A stretch of DNA of 32,000 bases from an uncultured Opitutales bacterium. GTDB lineage: Bacteria; Verrucomicrobiota; Verrucomicrobiia; Opitutales; Intestinicryptomonadaceae. The stretch lies in NCBI GenBank assembly GCA_934660865.1, contig CAKUIA010000005.1, forward strand, positions 81,590-113,589, written 5' to 3'. The notes beneath the pieces are model-generated. The model was given only the letters and a program-made list of their open reading frames with translations. It was not told where the DNA came from and did not search any database. Positions 19,302 to 26,565 of the stretch are shown in pieces; position 1 is the first letter of the stretch, and each line of letters opens with the position of its first letter. A program made the translations under genes and the position numbers.

Positions 19302-19955
19302 ATGATTAAAGTTTTAAGAAATTCCATCATAACGGGGCTTATAATTATTCTGCCCTTAACGGTAACTTTGTTCATACTCTATTTTTTGATAACAAAAATA
19401 GGCAGCCCCGTAAGCCAAACGGTTATAGAACCGTTAATAAAGCAGCTGGGTTTCCACATTTCCGACTCGCCGCTTTGGAGCATTTTGCTTAATTTTATAG
19501 CAACGCTTTTTGTAATGGTAATAATAGCCGTAGTCGGCTTTTTCTCGAAATTCTTTTTCGGGAAACTTGCCATAAGCATTTCGGAATCGCTAATTCATAA
19601 GATACCCATTGCCAAGCAGATATATAACACGGTAAAACAGATTGTCGACACGTTTTCCAAGCAGAACAAGGCCGTTTTCCAGCAGGTGGTTATGGTTGAA
19701 TTTCCCAGCAAGGGATTATATTCCATAGGCTTTTTAACAAGCACTGCAAAGGGCGAAATACAGTCGAAAACGGGCGAAACTGTTGTCAACGTGTTTGTGC
19801 CTACAACGCCGAACCCCACAAGCGGCTTTTTGATTATGGTGCCAAAACAAAACGTTACATACCTGGATATGTCGGTATCGGAGGGTATGAAACTTATAAT
19901 TTCGTTCGGGGCCGTTACCCCGAATTGGACGCCGGCCGAAATTGACGGAAAGTAA
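19302..19955 (+). CDS. DUF502-domain membrane protein
   Basis: Two N-terminal TM helices are followed by IPIAKQIYNTVKQIVDTF, VVMVEFPSKGLYSIGFLT and VFVPTTPNPTSGFLIMVP. I prefer the ATG at 19302, 4 nt after the ybeY stop, to the ORF-track start at 19242. Confidence 0.7.
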   Translation: MIKVLRNSIITGLIIILPLTVTLFILYFLITKIGSPVSQTVIEPLIKQLGFHISDSPLWSILLNFIATLFVMVIIAVVGFFSKFFFGKLAISISESLIHKIPIAKQIYNTVKQIVDTFSKQNKAVFQQVVMVEFPSKGLYSIGFLTSTAKGEIQSKTGETVVNVFVPTTPNPTSGFLIMVPKQNVTYLDMSVSEGMKLIISFGAVTPNWTPAEIDGK

Positions 19956-20550
19956 AATAACCGAGTGCATAGTTCTCGACAAAGACATGCGCGCCGGGAA
20001 CTTTATGATGTTTACGGTTCTTTCGAAAGAGCTGGGGTTAACCTATGCCCTTAAAAGAATTTCGGCAAAAAAACAGACATTTTTGCCCGATTATTTCGAC
20101 ATAATTTCGGCAACACTTTCCGCAAAATCAAAAAACTCGCCTTTTTTTATCGAAAGCTTCGACATAACAAAAAAGCTTTGTGGAAAACCTACAAGCTACA
20201 ACTCGCTTGTTGCAATGGGCAAAATTGCAAAAACCATAATAAAAAACGCCCCATTTTTGGAGGACTGCTCCAGAATATATAAAACATTTTCGGCGGCGAT
20301 AACGGCATACGAAAACACCGACGTCCCCGAAATTGTCAACATAAAATGGCTGTACGACTTTGCAAAAAGCGAGGGATACCCCGTGAAGGAAGACTTTTTA
20401 AGCACCCTACCCGATTCGGACTATGAAAGCTTTGTGGACATTGTTAAAACTCCCGTTTTAAAATGCACGGCAAACAAAGATTGTGCAAAACACATATTAA
20501 AGCTGTTCGAAACTTGGGTTTCCCTAAAAACAGACATAGTTTTGGAATAA
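19942..20550 (+). CDS. Hypothetical protein, possibly a short divergent RecO-like recombination mediator
   Basis: It has a TTG start overlapping the DUF502 gene by 14 nt. The N-terminal pattern (TECIVLDKDMRAGNFMMFTVLSKELGLTYAL) resembles the RecO OB-fold start, and the rest is helical. No CxxC zinc finger is present. ybeY and recO are neighbours in many genomes. Confidence 0.4.
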   Translation: MTESKITECIVLDKDMRAGNFMMFTVLSKELGLTYALKRISAKKQTFLPDYFDIISATLSAKSKNSPFFIESFDITKKLCGKPTSYNSLVAMGKIAKTIIKNAPFLEDCSRIYKTFSAAITAYENTDVPEIVNIKWLYDFAKSEGYPVKEDFLSTLPDSDYESFVDIVKTPVLKCTANKDCAKHILKLFETWVSLKTDIVLE

Positions 20551-20557
20551 TTTTCCA

Positions 20558-20588
20558 TAAAAAAAGGCGGTATAAAACCGCCCTTTTC
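20558..20588. terminator. Bidirectional intrinsic terminator between the convergent RecO-like gene and mnmG
   Basis: A-run, then GGCGGT-ataaa-ACCGCC, then CTTTTC. The structure abuts the mnmG stop codon. Confidence 0.55.
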
Positions 20589-22417
20589 TATTTAAAAAGC
20601 TGTATAAGAAGAATGTTTATGTCGGCCGGCGACACTCCCGAAATCCGGCTTGCCTGCCCCAAAGTTATGGGTTGAATTTTTGTAAGCTTTTGCATGGCTT
20701 CAAGCCTTAAACCCTTTATTGCAGAATAGTCGAAGTTTCGCGGCAGTTTTTTGTCTTCTATATGCAGCATTTTTTCGATATGCTTTAAATCGCGGTCTAG
20801 GTAGCCCCTGTAAATTACCCTGTACAATATTTCGTCCCTTACGGGCTTTTGAAGCTTTTTAAATGCTTCGGGCAGGTTTTCGGCAAAACTTTCGCCCTCC
20901 TGCCTAAGTTTTAGCGCCCACGAGCCCCCTTCTATCTTTTTTACCCAGCTTTCGGTAAGCTCTATTTTCTTTTTAATGTTTTCAAGGCGCTCTTTGTGCA
21001 TTAAAGAATACTTTTGCGCGTACTTGTAAAGTCTGTGCTCGGCGCTGTTGTGGTTAAGCAAAAGCCTGTATTCGGCCCTGCTTGTAAACATTCTGTACGG
21101 CTCGAAAGTGCCTTTGTTTACCAAATCGTCTATAAGAACGCCTATGTAGCTTTCGTGGCGCTTTAAAACCATAGGTTCAATGCCCGCAATTTTTGCCGCG
21201 GCGTTAACGCCGGCTACCAAGCCCTGCCCCGCCGCCTCTTCGTAGCCGCTTGTTCCGTTTATTTGGCCGGCGCAAAACAGGTTTTCCACAATCTTAGACT
21301 CCAAGCTCGCGTAAAGCTGTGTAGGCGGCGCGTAGTCGTACTCGACGGCGTAGGCGGGCCTTGTCATTTGCGCGTTTTCAAGACCTGGTATTGTCTTTAA
21401 AATCATCGCCTGAACGTCTATAGGCAAAGATGTAGACAAGCCGTTTATATACCATTCGTCGGTATAGCGCCCTTCGGGCTCCAAAAACAGCCTGTGCCCC
21501 TCTTTGTCGGGAAATCTTACAATTTTATCCTCTATGCTTGGGCAATAACGCGGCCCTATTCCCTTTATCTGGCCGCCGTACATTGCCGATTTGCCGAGGT
21601 TTTTCCTTATAACTTCGGCAGTGTCGGAATTTGTGTGGGTTTCCCAGCAGCACATTTGCTCTTTGCCAAACCCCGTAAAGCCGAACAGTTTTTCGGATTG
21701 TTCCACATGGAACATTTCGCCCCTTGTTTCGTAAAAAGCGAATAATTGTGGAACTTCGTCGCCGTTTTGGCGAACGCATTTCGAAAAATCAACAGTTTTT
21801 CCCAATATGCGGGCGGGCGTTCCGGTTTTAAGCCTTTCTATCTGAATGCCGTTTTTCCTTAAGGAATCCGAAAGATTTTCGGCCGAAATATCTCCCATTC
21901 TGCCGCCTACAGTTTTATTAAAGCCGACATGCAAAAGGCCCTTTAAAAACGTCCCCGTAGTAAGAATTGCCGCCTTGCATGCAAAATCCTGCCCGAGATT
22001 TGTTTTAACGCCGACTATTTTAGAGTCTTTTACAATAATATCGGTAACAATGGCCTGAAATATGCTTAAATTTTCGGCAAGTTCCAGAACATGCTTCATT
22101 CTAAATTGATATGCCTTTTTGTCGCACTGGGCGCGCGGGCCCTGAACTGCAACGCCTTTAGAACCGTTTAATACCTTAAAGTGTATGCCGCTTGCATCGG
22201 CGTTTATAGCCATTTCGCCGCCCAAAGCGTCTATCTCCCTTACAATGTGCCCTTTTGCCAGGCCGCCTATTGCGGGATTGCAGCTCATCTGCGCTATTGT
22301 GTCTATATTGCCGCTAATAAGCAAAGTGTCGGCACCCATTCTTGCCGAAGCCAAAGCCGCTTCGCAGCCCGCATGGCCGCCTCCGCACACTATAACCTGA
22401 TATTCGTTCTTTAACAT
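20588..22417 (-). CDS. mnmG: tRNA uridine 5-carboxymethylaminomethyl modification enzyme MnmG (GidA)
   Basis: The FAD motif is [47 protein letters not shown] and [20 protein letters not shown] are also present. The ATG at 22417 gives a typical short N-terminus. The ORF-track start at 22438 is a TTG seven codons upstream. Confidence 0.95.
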   Translation of the reverse strand: MLKNEYQVIVCGGGHAGCEAALASARMGADTLLISGNIDTIAQMSCNPAIGGLAKGHIVREIDALGGEMAINADASGIHFKVLNGSKGVAVQGPRAQCDKKAYQFRMKHVLELAENLSIFQAIVTDIIVKDSKIVGVKTNLGQDFACKAAILTTGTFLKGLLHVGFNKTVGGRMGDISAENLSDSLRKNGIQIERLKTGTPARILGKTVDFSKCVRQNGDEVPQLFAFYETRGEMFHVEQSEKLFGFTGFGKEQMCCWETHTNSDTAEVIRKNLGKSAMYGGQIKGIGPRYCPSIEDKIVRFPDKEGHRLFLEPEGRYTDEWYINGLSTSLPIDVQAMILKTIPGLENAQMTRPAYAVEYDYAPPTQLYASLESKIVENLFCAGQINGTSGYEEAAGQGLVAGVNAAAKIAGIEPMVLKRHESYIGVLIDDLVNKGTFEPYRMFTSRAEYRLLLNHNSAEHRLYKYAQKYSLMHKERLENIKKKIELTESWVKKIEGGSWALKLRQEGESFAENLPEAFKKLQKPVRDEILYRVIYRGYLDRDLKHIEKMLHIEDKKLPRNFDYSAIKGLRLEAMQKLTKIQPITLGQASRISGVSPADINILLIQLFK

Positions 22418-22841
22418 ATCTATAAAATTAAGCGGCAATTCTTAGCCCGTAAAAAAATTTTCTCAAGATAAAACAAAACTTAGTTTCCGAGCCAAAGTTT
22501 AAAGATTTCTAAAAAAAAACAAAAACTTGGCAAAAAAAACTAATTTTTTATTTTTTCAAAAAATAAACGGCAAAGCAGGGCGCTTTTGGCAATTTTTTTA
22601 AGAAATATACAATTTTATGCAAAAAATCGGGCTTTTGTAAAAATTTTAAAAAATATTTTCGCTAAAACGCACAAAAATACCCCTAAAAGGCGCGTTTTTT
22701 ACAAAAACATATAAATACTAGGCCATCTTCCAAAAAATCGATTTTAAGGGCATTTTTGGAGGCCGCATTTTTTATATTATAATTTTTTTATATTTTTAAT
22801 ATTTATTTTATACATCATAAAACAATAAAACAAAAACAAAT

Positions 22842-22857
22842 TGTTCCATGTGGAACA
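22842..22857. repeat. Inverted repeat TGTTCCA-TG-TGGAACA (7-bp arms, 2-nt spacer), operator-like
   Basis: Read directly from the sequence. It is the only GC-containing perfect palindrome next to the A/T-only tract. The right half, TGTGGAACA, matches the DnaA-box complement TGTGGATAA at 7 of 9 positions. Confidence 0.5.
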
Positions 22858-22941
22858 TTCAAAGTTTTCCTCCATACACAAAATTGCAAAAAAACTTATG
22901 TAAGAAATTGCAAAAGCTATCTGGTGCAGAATTTTTTTTAA

Positions 22942-22975
22942 AAAATAGAGAAAAAATTTTCTTTTTCTCTATTTT
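22942..22975 (-). terminator. 14-bp perfect A/T-rich inverted repeat; possible weak terminator of the ARH-like gene
   Basis: AAAATAGAGAAAAA-atttTc-TTTTTCTCTATTTT lies about 90 nt downstream of the minus-strand stop at 23062. The stem has only 2 G-C pairs, so termination efficiency is doubtful. Confidence 0.25.
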
Positions 22976-23061
22976 ATGAACGGATATGAAAATGTTTTAG
23001 CTTAAAAATCTTCGGTCTTTAGTTTTTTTTGAAAAAAAACAAACAGCCCAAGAATTTTACA

Positions 23062-24108
23062 CTAAAGTATGTTTTTGCAGCATGTTTCGTAAAGCGCGTT
23101 GCCTATGGCGTTTATCTCGTTAAAATATACAAGTTTTTGCGCCCAAATTGCCGGGATTTTTTCGGTTTTAAATTCGGCGCCGAGCAGGGCGCCTATTACA
23201 ACGCCGCGCCCAGTTGGCTCTCCGCCAAGCATTGCATTAACCCTTAAGGCCTCCTGCAGGTTGTCCCTATATTTTAACGCCAAAAATATGCTTAAAGGCA
23301 GCGCATATTCAACATGGCCGTTTACACCCAAAAACTGTTTTGCAACGCTTTCGTCGCTATGGTTTTTTATCCAACGTCTATACGGAAATGTTAACGCCAA
23401 GTGCATTTCGTTTTTCATTTTTTCGTATAATACACATTCAAGGTCGAAACCCTGCATTAAATACGCCAAAATTTTTGAAATAAGCACCGAAGAATTCAGC
23501 GAAGCCTCGCTTTTTACAAACTTTTTAAGTATTTTAAACTGCGCGTCGGTGGATTTTTCGCAATTAAACGAATAGTATAAAAGCAGCGGGAACATTGCCG
23601 TTAAATCGCTTATATTGGCCTCCTGTACGCCGTTCTTTTTGGGGTCTAGGCCTGCATTTAAATTTTCGAAATATCTTCTGTGCATAGAGGGCACATAAAG
23701 GTCGCTATAGCCGTTTTTGCTTGTCATAATTGCATGGTATCTGACAAACCATTTTTCGTCGTTATAGCCGTTGTTTGTGCAAAAATCGTTCGCCAAATGA
23801 AGCGCCAAAAACATCGGCAAAGTGTTTTCTCCGGCGTGCAAAGTTTCGTGGTAATGAGTGCCGGGGCGTTTCCAGAATATAAGTTTTTCGCCGATATAAT
23901 CGAATTTTTCGCTTAAATCGGGAATTTTTATAAGGCTTATATTGCTTTCTATATGCGGCGATTTTGGCTGCAACATCTCGCGCACGTCGCCGTATTCGTC
24001 TTTTATCAACGCAGTATCGGTATAACCGCGGCAAGGCATTGCAAGGGCGTCGCCCGTAAAGGCCGCCCACCAAGCCCCCAAAAACCTGTCTTTATTAACA
24101 TTAGCCAT
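23062..24108 (-). CDS. ADP-ribosylglycohydrolase (ARH/DraG) family-like protein with substituted metal-ligand motifs
   Basis: The N-terminus DRFLGAWWAAFTGDALAMP corresponds to the family pattern DRxLGxxxGxxxGDALGxP. The C-terminus LGGEPTGRGVVIGALLGAEF...IP..W corresponds to GGD(x)DT(x)GA(x)AGxLxGA. The ATG at 24108 is preferred to the TTG at 24114. Confidence 0.7.
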   Translation of the reverse strand: MANVNKDRFLGAWWAAFTGDALAMPCRGYTDTALIKDEYGDVREMLQPKSPHIESNISLIKIPDLSEKFDYIGEKLIFWKRPGTHYHETLHAGENTLPMFLALHLANDFCTNNGYNDEKWFVRYHAIMTSKNGYSDLYVPSMHRRYFENLNAGLDPKKNGVQEANISDLTAMFPLLLYYSFNCEKSTDAQFKILKKFVKSEASLNSSVLISKILAYLMQGFDLECVLYEKMKNEMHLALTFPYRRWIKNHSDESVAKQFLGVNGHVEYALPLSIFLALKYRDNLQEALRVNAMLGGEPTGRGVVIGALLGAEFKTEKIPAIWAQKLVYFNEINAIGNALYETCCKNIL

Positions 24109-24289
24109 ATACAATTTCCTTTCCTATACAAAAACCCAACGCTTTTGCGTGGCAAAGTAAAACGAAATATAAAAGATATGTCAAATAAAAATTATACCGA
24201 ATACAATGTAAAATTTTTGCGGTGCCTTAAACTCAAAAAAGTAGGCTAAAAATTGCATATTGTAGCCGCCATTTAAAAATATACTTGCA

Positions 24290-24318
24290 TTGACAAGAAA
24301 AATTTGAGATTTTATTGG
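24290..24318 (+). promoter_or_regulatory. Possible promoter for tRNA-Arg (TTGACA, 17-nt spacer, TATTGG; a GATAAT follows at 24319-24324)
   Basis: A perfect -35 hexamer TTGACA lies at 24290-24295, about 70 nt upstream of the tRNA. The -10 assignment is ambiguous. Confidence 0.2.
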
Positions 24319-24364
24319 GATAATTTTGGGGCTAAAACCCTTAGATTATCGGAACAAACAAAAC

Positions 24365-24440
24365 GGGAGCATAGCTCAGTGGATAGAGCAGCGGTTTTCT
24401 AAACCGTTGGTCGTGGGTTCGAGTCCCTCTGCTCCCGCCA
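24365..24440 (+). tRNA. tRNA-Arg (anticodon UCU), 76 nt with encoded CCA
   Basis: Manual cloverleaf: acceptor GGGAGCA/TGCTCCC, D arm GCTC-AGTGGATA-GAGC. The anticodon arm is GCGGT-TTTCTAA-ACCGT (U33, anticodon TCT, A37). The variable loop is TGGTC, the T arm is GTGGG-TTCGAGT-CCCTC with one U-U mismatch, the discriminator is G, and CCA is encoded. Confidence 0.9.
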
Positions 24441-24445
24441 CTTTA

Positions 24446-24501
24446 AACGCAAACGGTTTTTTTGAATTTTAAAAAGTTTAACGAACTGTTTGCGTTTTTT
24501 T
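24446..24501 (+). terminator. Intrinsic terminator directly after tRNA-Arg (long stem, T7 run)
   Basis: AACGCAAACGGTTT pairs with GAACTGTTTGCGTT: 9 perfect bp plus 5 further pairs including G-U. The loop is 23 nt and a TTTTTTT run follows. Confidence 0.6.
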
Positions 24502-24505
24502 GTTT

Positions 24506-24546
24506 ACAGGTTTTGCGCCTGCCTTGCCGCACACCTGTGCTTTTTT
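24506..24546 (+). terminator. Second tandem terminator-like hairpin
   Basis: ACAGGT/ACCTGT and inner GCG/CGC stems enclose a 10-nt loop, followed by GC and TTTTTT. Confidence 0.4.
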
Positions 24547-25000
24547 GAAAAACAAAATTTAAAATTAAGCGCTGCATGGCAAAAAGACTTTCTTTTATAT
24601 ACTGCATTTTTGCTTTTAGATAAAATATCCAAAAAACCGAAAAGCATAACAAAATAAAAAATCTCTTAAAAAACTTCATTTTTTTGAGGACCTTTTTGAT
24701 TTAAAAAGTTTCTTTTATGTTTTCTATTTATATCTTATTTATAAATTTAAAAATTCAGTATAAGTAAGTAGGGCGTGTAAATATGTTGAAAACTTTATAT
24801 CTTATTGTATATAAGTTTGATGTAAAAAATTTGTGTGTTAGTTTCTCCTAAAATTGGAACGAAAAAGTATATGTCTTTTAACACGCCTAAGTTATAAAGA
24901 CTAAAATAACAGCCCTTTAACAAGTTATTTACAAATTTTGGTGAATAAATAGTTTTTGCAAAAGAACATAAAAAGCTTGATTTATTTTAAAAAAGTAAAA

Positions 25001-25040
25001 GACTTGTGGGCAATAGTTGATTATTGCAGGGTCTTTTTTT
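25001..25040 (+). terminator. Terminator-like hairpin with T7 run, 42 nt upstream of the porin start codon (end of an unannotated transcript, or a leader attenuator)
   Basis: GCAATA-gttgat-TATTGC forms the core, with an outer GACTT/GGGTC helix (2 G-U pairs) and then TTTTTTT (25034-25040). A TATAAA lies at 25051-25056. Confidence 0.35.
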
Positions 25041-25081
25041 GATTTTGCAGTATAAATTTAACAGCAAACAAAAAATATATT

Positions 25082-26362
25082 ATGAAGTTTAAACTTATTA
25101 GCTTATTGGCGGCGGCCGCGTTTGTCGGCGTTGCAGCTCAGGCTCAAGACAAGGCTTTGCTTGAGACTTTGGTTAAAAAAGGTATGCTTTCCAAACAGGA
25201 AGCCGCACAGATAGCAAAGGAAAGCGTTGCGGTTGCCCCCAGCTCTTCTGAAACTAAGTCGATAAAAATAAAAGGCGGCGTAACAGGCTGGTACGAATGG
25301 AGCCAGGTTGGCGTAGACGGCGGCAACAATTTGCCCGAAAGCAACGGCTTTACAATGAGATATGTTAAAGTAGGTCTCGAAGCCGAAATCGGCGGCGGTT
25401 GGACTGTAGACGTTACTACAGACTTCGGCACCGAAGGCCAAAACCGCAACTACATAGACAACGTTACAATTTCAAAACGCATAGACTACGATTCAATTAA
25501 CGGCACTGTAGATTTCGGCTTTAAGAAGGTAAACTTTGGTTTGGAACAAACTCAAGACGACTTTAAACAGTTGGCTATAGAGCGCTCGATTGCCACATGG
25601 TTCTTTACAAGACCCGTATCTACCGCCAACGGAATGGGTCAAAGGGATTTTGCTTCGCGCAACACCGGTATATTCTGGAACGGCGAAATAAAGCAGCTTG
25701 AAGGTTTGTATTACGGCTTGGCTGTAACGGGCGGTATGAGCGAAAAAATCTACAACAATACAAACGACAACAACAAACTTTCGTTCTATGCGAATATGGG
25801 TTATAAGAACTATGCCGAAGTTAACGGTGAAGGCATTTCTTACGACTTTGGTTTGAACTACGGTTATGCAAACGGCGGCGTTCAAGATTCCAGACACGGA
25901 ACATACAGCGTATGGGGTCTTAACCCCTATGTAAGCGCAAAATGGCGCGGTTTAACTGCAATGGTTGAATATTTCTTCCAGCAAATCGAAAACAGCAAAA
26001 TTAATGGAGACCAATCTTCTCCCCAGGGCTGGAACGTAACTATTGCCTGGAAGCAGGACTTGGGCGAATGGGGTGCAATAGAACCCGTATTTCGTTTCTC
26101 TTGCCTGTCTACAAACGGCAACATGTACAATTCGTCGTACGGTATTTCCTATAACGGCGGTTTGGGAACATACTTCTTCGACAGCGCACAAACATATTAT
26201 ATAGGTGCAAACTGGTATATAGTTCCCTCGGTTAAATTCTCGTTGGGTTACGAATATATGAACTTTGAAGACGGCGGTACATTGCGTGCAGGCGCCGGTG
26301 CAGGCACCGACGGCAGCGCAAGCGGCAACAGCGTAAGGGCTCAGTTGCAGGTTGTATTCTAA
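25082..26362 (+). CDS. Outer-membrane beta-barrel porin (phosphate-selective porin O/P-like)
   Basis: The signal peptide is MKFKLISLLAAAAFVGVAAQA. A short helical N-terminal segment is followed by alternating aromatic/polar beta-strand patterns rich in G, Y and N. The C-terminus is the OMP-type signature LQVVF. Confidence 0.7.
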   Translation: MKFKLISLLAAAAFVGVAAQAQDKALLETLVKKGMLSKQEAAQIAKESVAVAPSSSETKSIKIKGGVTGWYEWSQVGVDGGNNLPESNGFTMRYVKVGLEAEIGGGWTVDVTTDFGTEGQNRNYIDNVTISKRIDYDSINGTVDFGFKKVNFGLEQTQDDFKQLAIERSIATWFFTRPVSTANGMGQRDFASRNTGIFWNGEIKQLEGLYYGLAVTGGMSEKIYNNTNDNNKLSFYANMGYKNYAEVNGEGISYDFGLNYGYANGGVQDSRHGTYSVWGLNPYVSAKWRGLTAMVEYFFQQIENSKINGDQSSPQGWNVTIAWKQDLGEWGAIEPVFRFSCLSTNGNMYNSSYGISYNGGLGTYFFDSAQTYYIGANWYIVPSVKFSLGYEYMNFEDGGTLRAGAGAGTDGSASGNSVRAQLQVVF

Positions 26363-26387
26363 TAATCTAAAAAATAAAAATTTTAAA

Positions 26388-26421
26388 AGGCTCTATACGT
26401 TCGCGTATTGAGCCTTTTTTA
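26388..26421 (+). terminator. Intrinsic terminator of the porin gene
   Basis: AGGCTCTATACG-ttcg-CGTATTGAGCCT has 11 of 12 pairs and a tetraloop, and is followed by TTTTTT. Confidence 0.7.
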
Positions 26422-26501
26422 TTAAAAATTAAACAGGTTTTTTATTTTAGATACGCATTAGACTTATATTTGTAGTGAATTTTTTACGGGATAATGTGCG
26501 T

Positions 26502-26545
26502 AAAAAAAAGCTTTTGCCGAATTTTTTCGGTAAAAGCTTTTTGTT
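26502..26545 (-). terminator. Intrinsic terminator of the pyrF-ispD-ispF operon (structure is bidirectional)
   Basis: AAGCTTTTGCCGA-attttt-TCGGTAAAAGCTT forms a 13-bp stem with 1 G-U pair. It is flanked by an A8 run on the left and T-rich sequence on the right, so read on the minus strand it is followed by T8. It lies 20 nt beyond the ispF stop. Confidence 0.6.
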
Positions 26546-26565
26546 TTATAAATTATACAATTTTT

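Larger units (their letters stand above)
22439..23061. other. 623-bp strongly A+T-rich non-coding region upstream of mnmG (candidate oriC or large regulatory region; see findings)
   Basis: There is no ORF of 60 aa or more except one that runs antisense into the neighbouring gene. It contains a 46-nt A/T-only tract (22767-22812), tandem ATAAAAC units (22817-22837), and the duplicated 10-mer CAAAAAATCG and 11-mer AAATTGCAAAA. Confidence 0.5.

Noticed and set aside
22439-23061. Housekeeping structured RNA (6S, tmRNA, RNase P RNA, SRP RNA) or a sigma54 promoter in the mnmG upstream region
   Set aside because: The region is too A/T-rich and lacks the GC-rich helices of those RNAs. No TGGCAC-N5-TTGC element is present; the nearest look-alikes, TGGCAA and TGGTGC, lack the TTGC partner.
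23029-23247. 72-aa plus-strand ORF (and 23953-24249, 98 aa) at the edges of the ARH-like gene
   Set aside because: Both are mostly antisense to the ARH-like coding sequence and extend into low-complexity intergenic DNA, so there is no support for coding.
24443-24679. 78-aa minus-strand ORF in the A/T-rich region after tRNA-Arg
   Set aside because: It runs through both tRNA terminator hairpins and ends at the tRNA 3' end. Its composition is Lys/Phe-rich, driven by A/T richness. It has no upstream signal or homology that I can recognise.
23062-25081. Genomic island integrated at tRNA-Arg
   Set aside because: There is no integrase, recombinase or transposase. I found no direct repeat of the tRNA 3' end by eye. 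The only cargo would be a single gene located 5' of the tRNA, not 3'. The A/T-rich flanks are noted, but an island call is unsupported.
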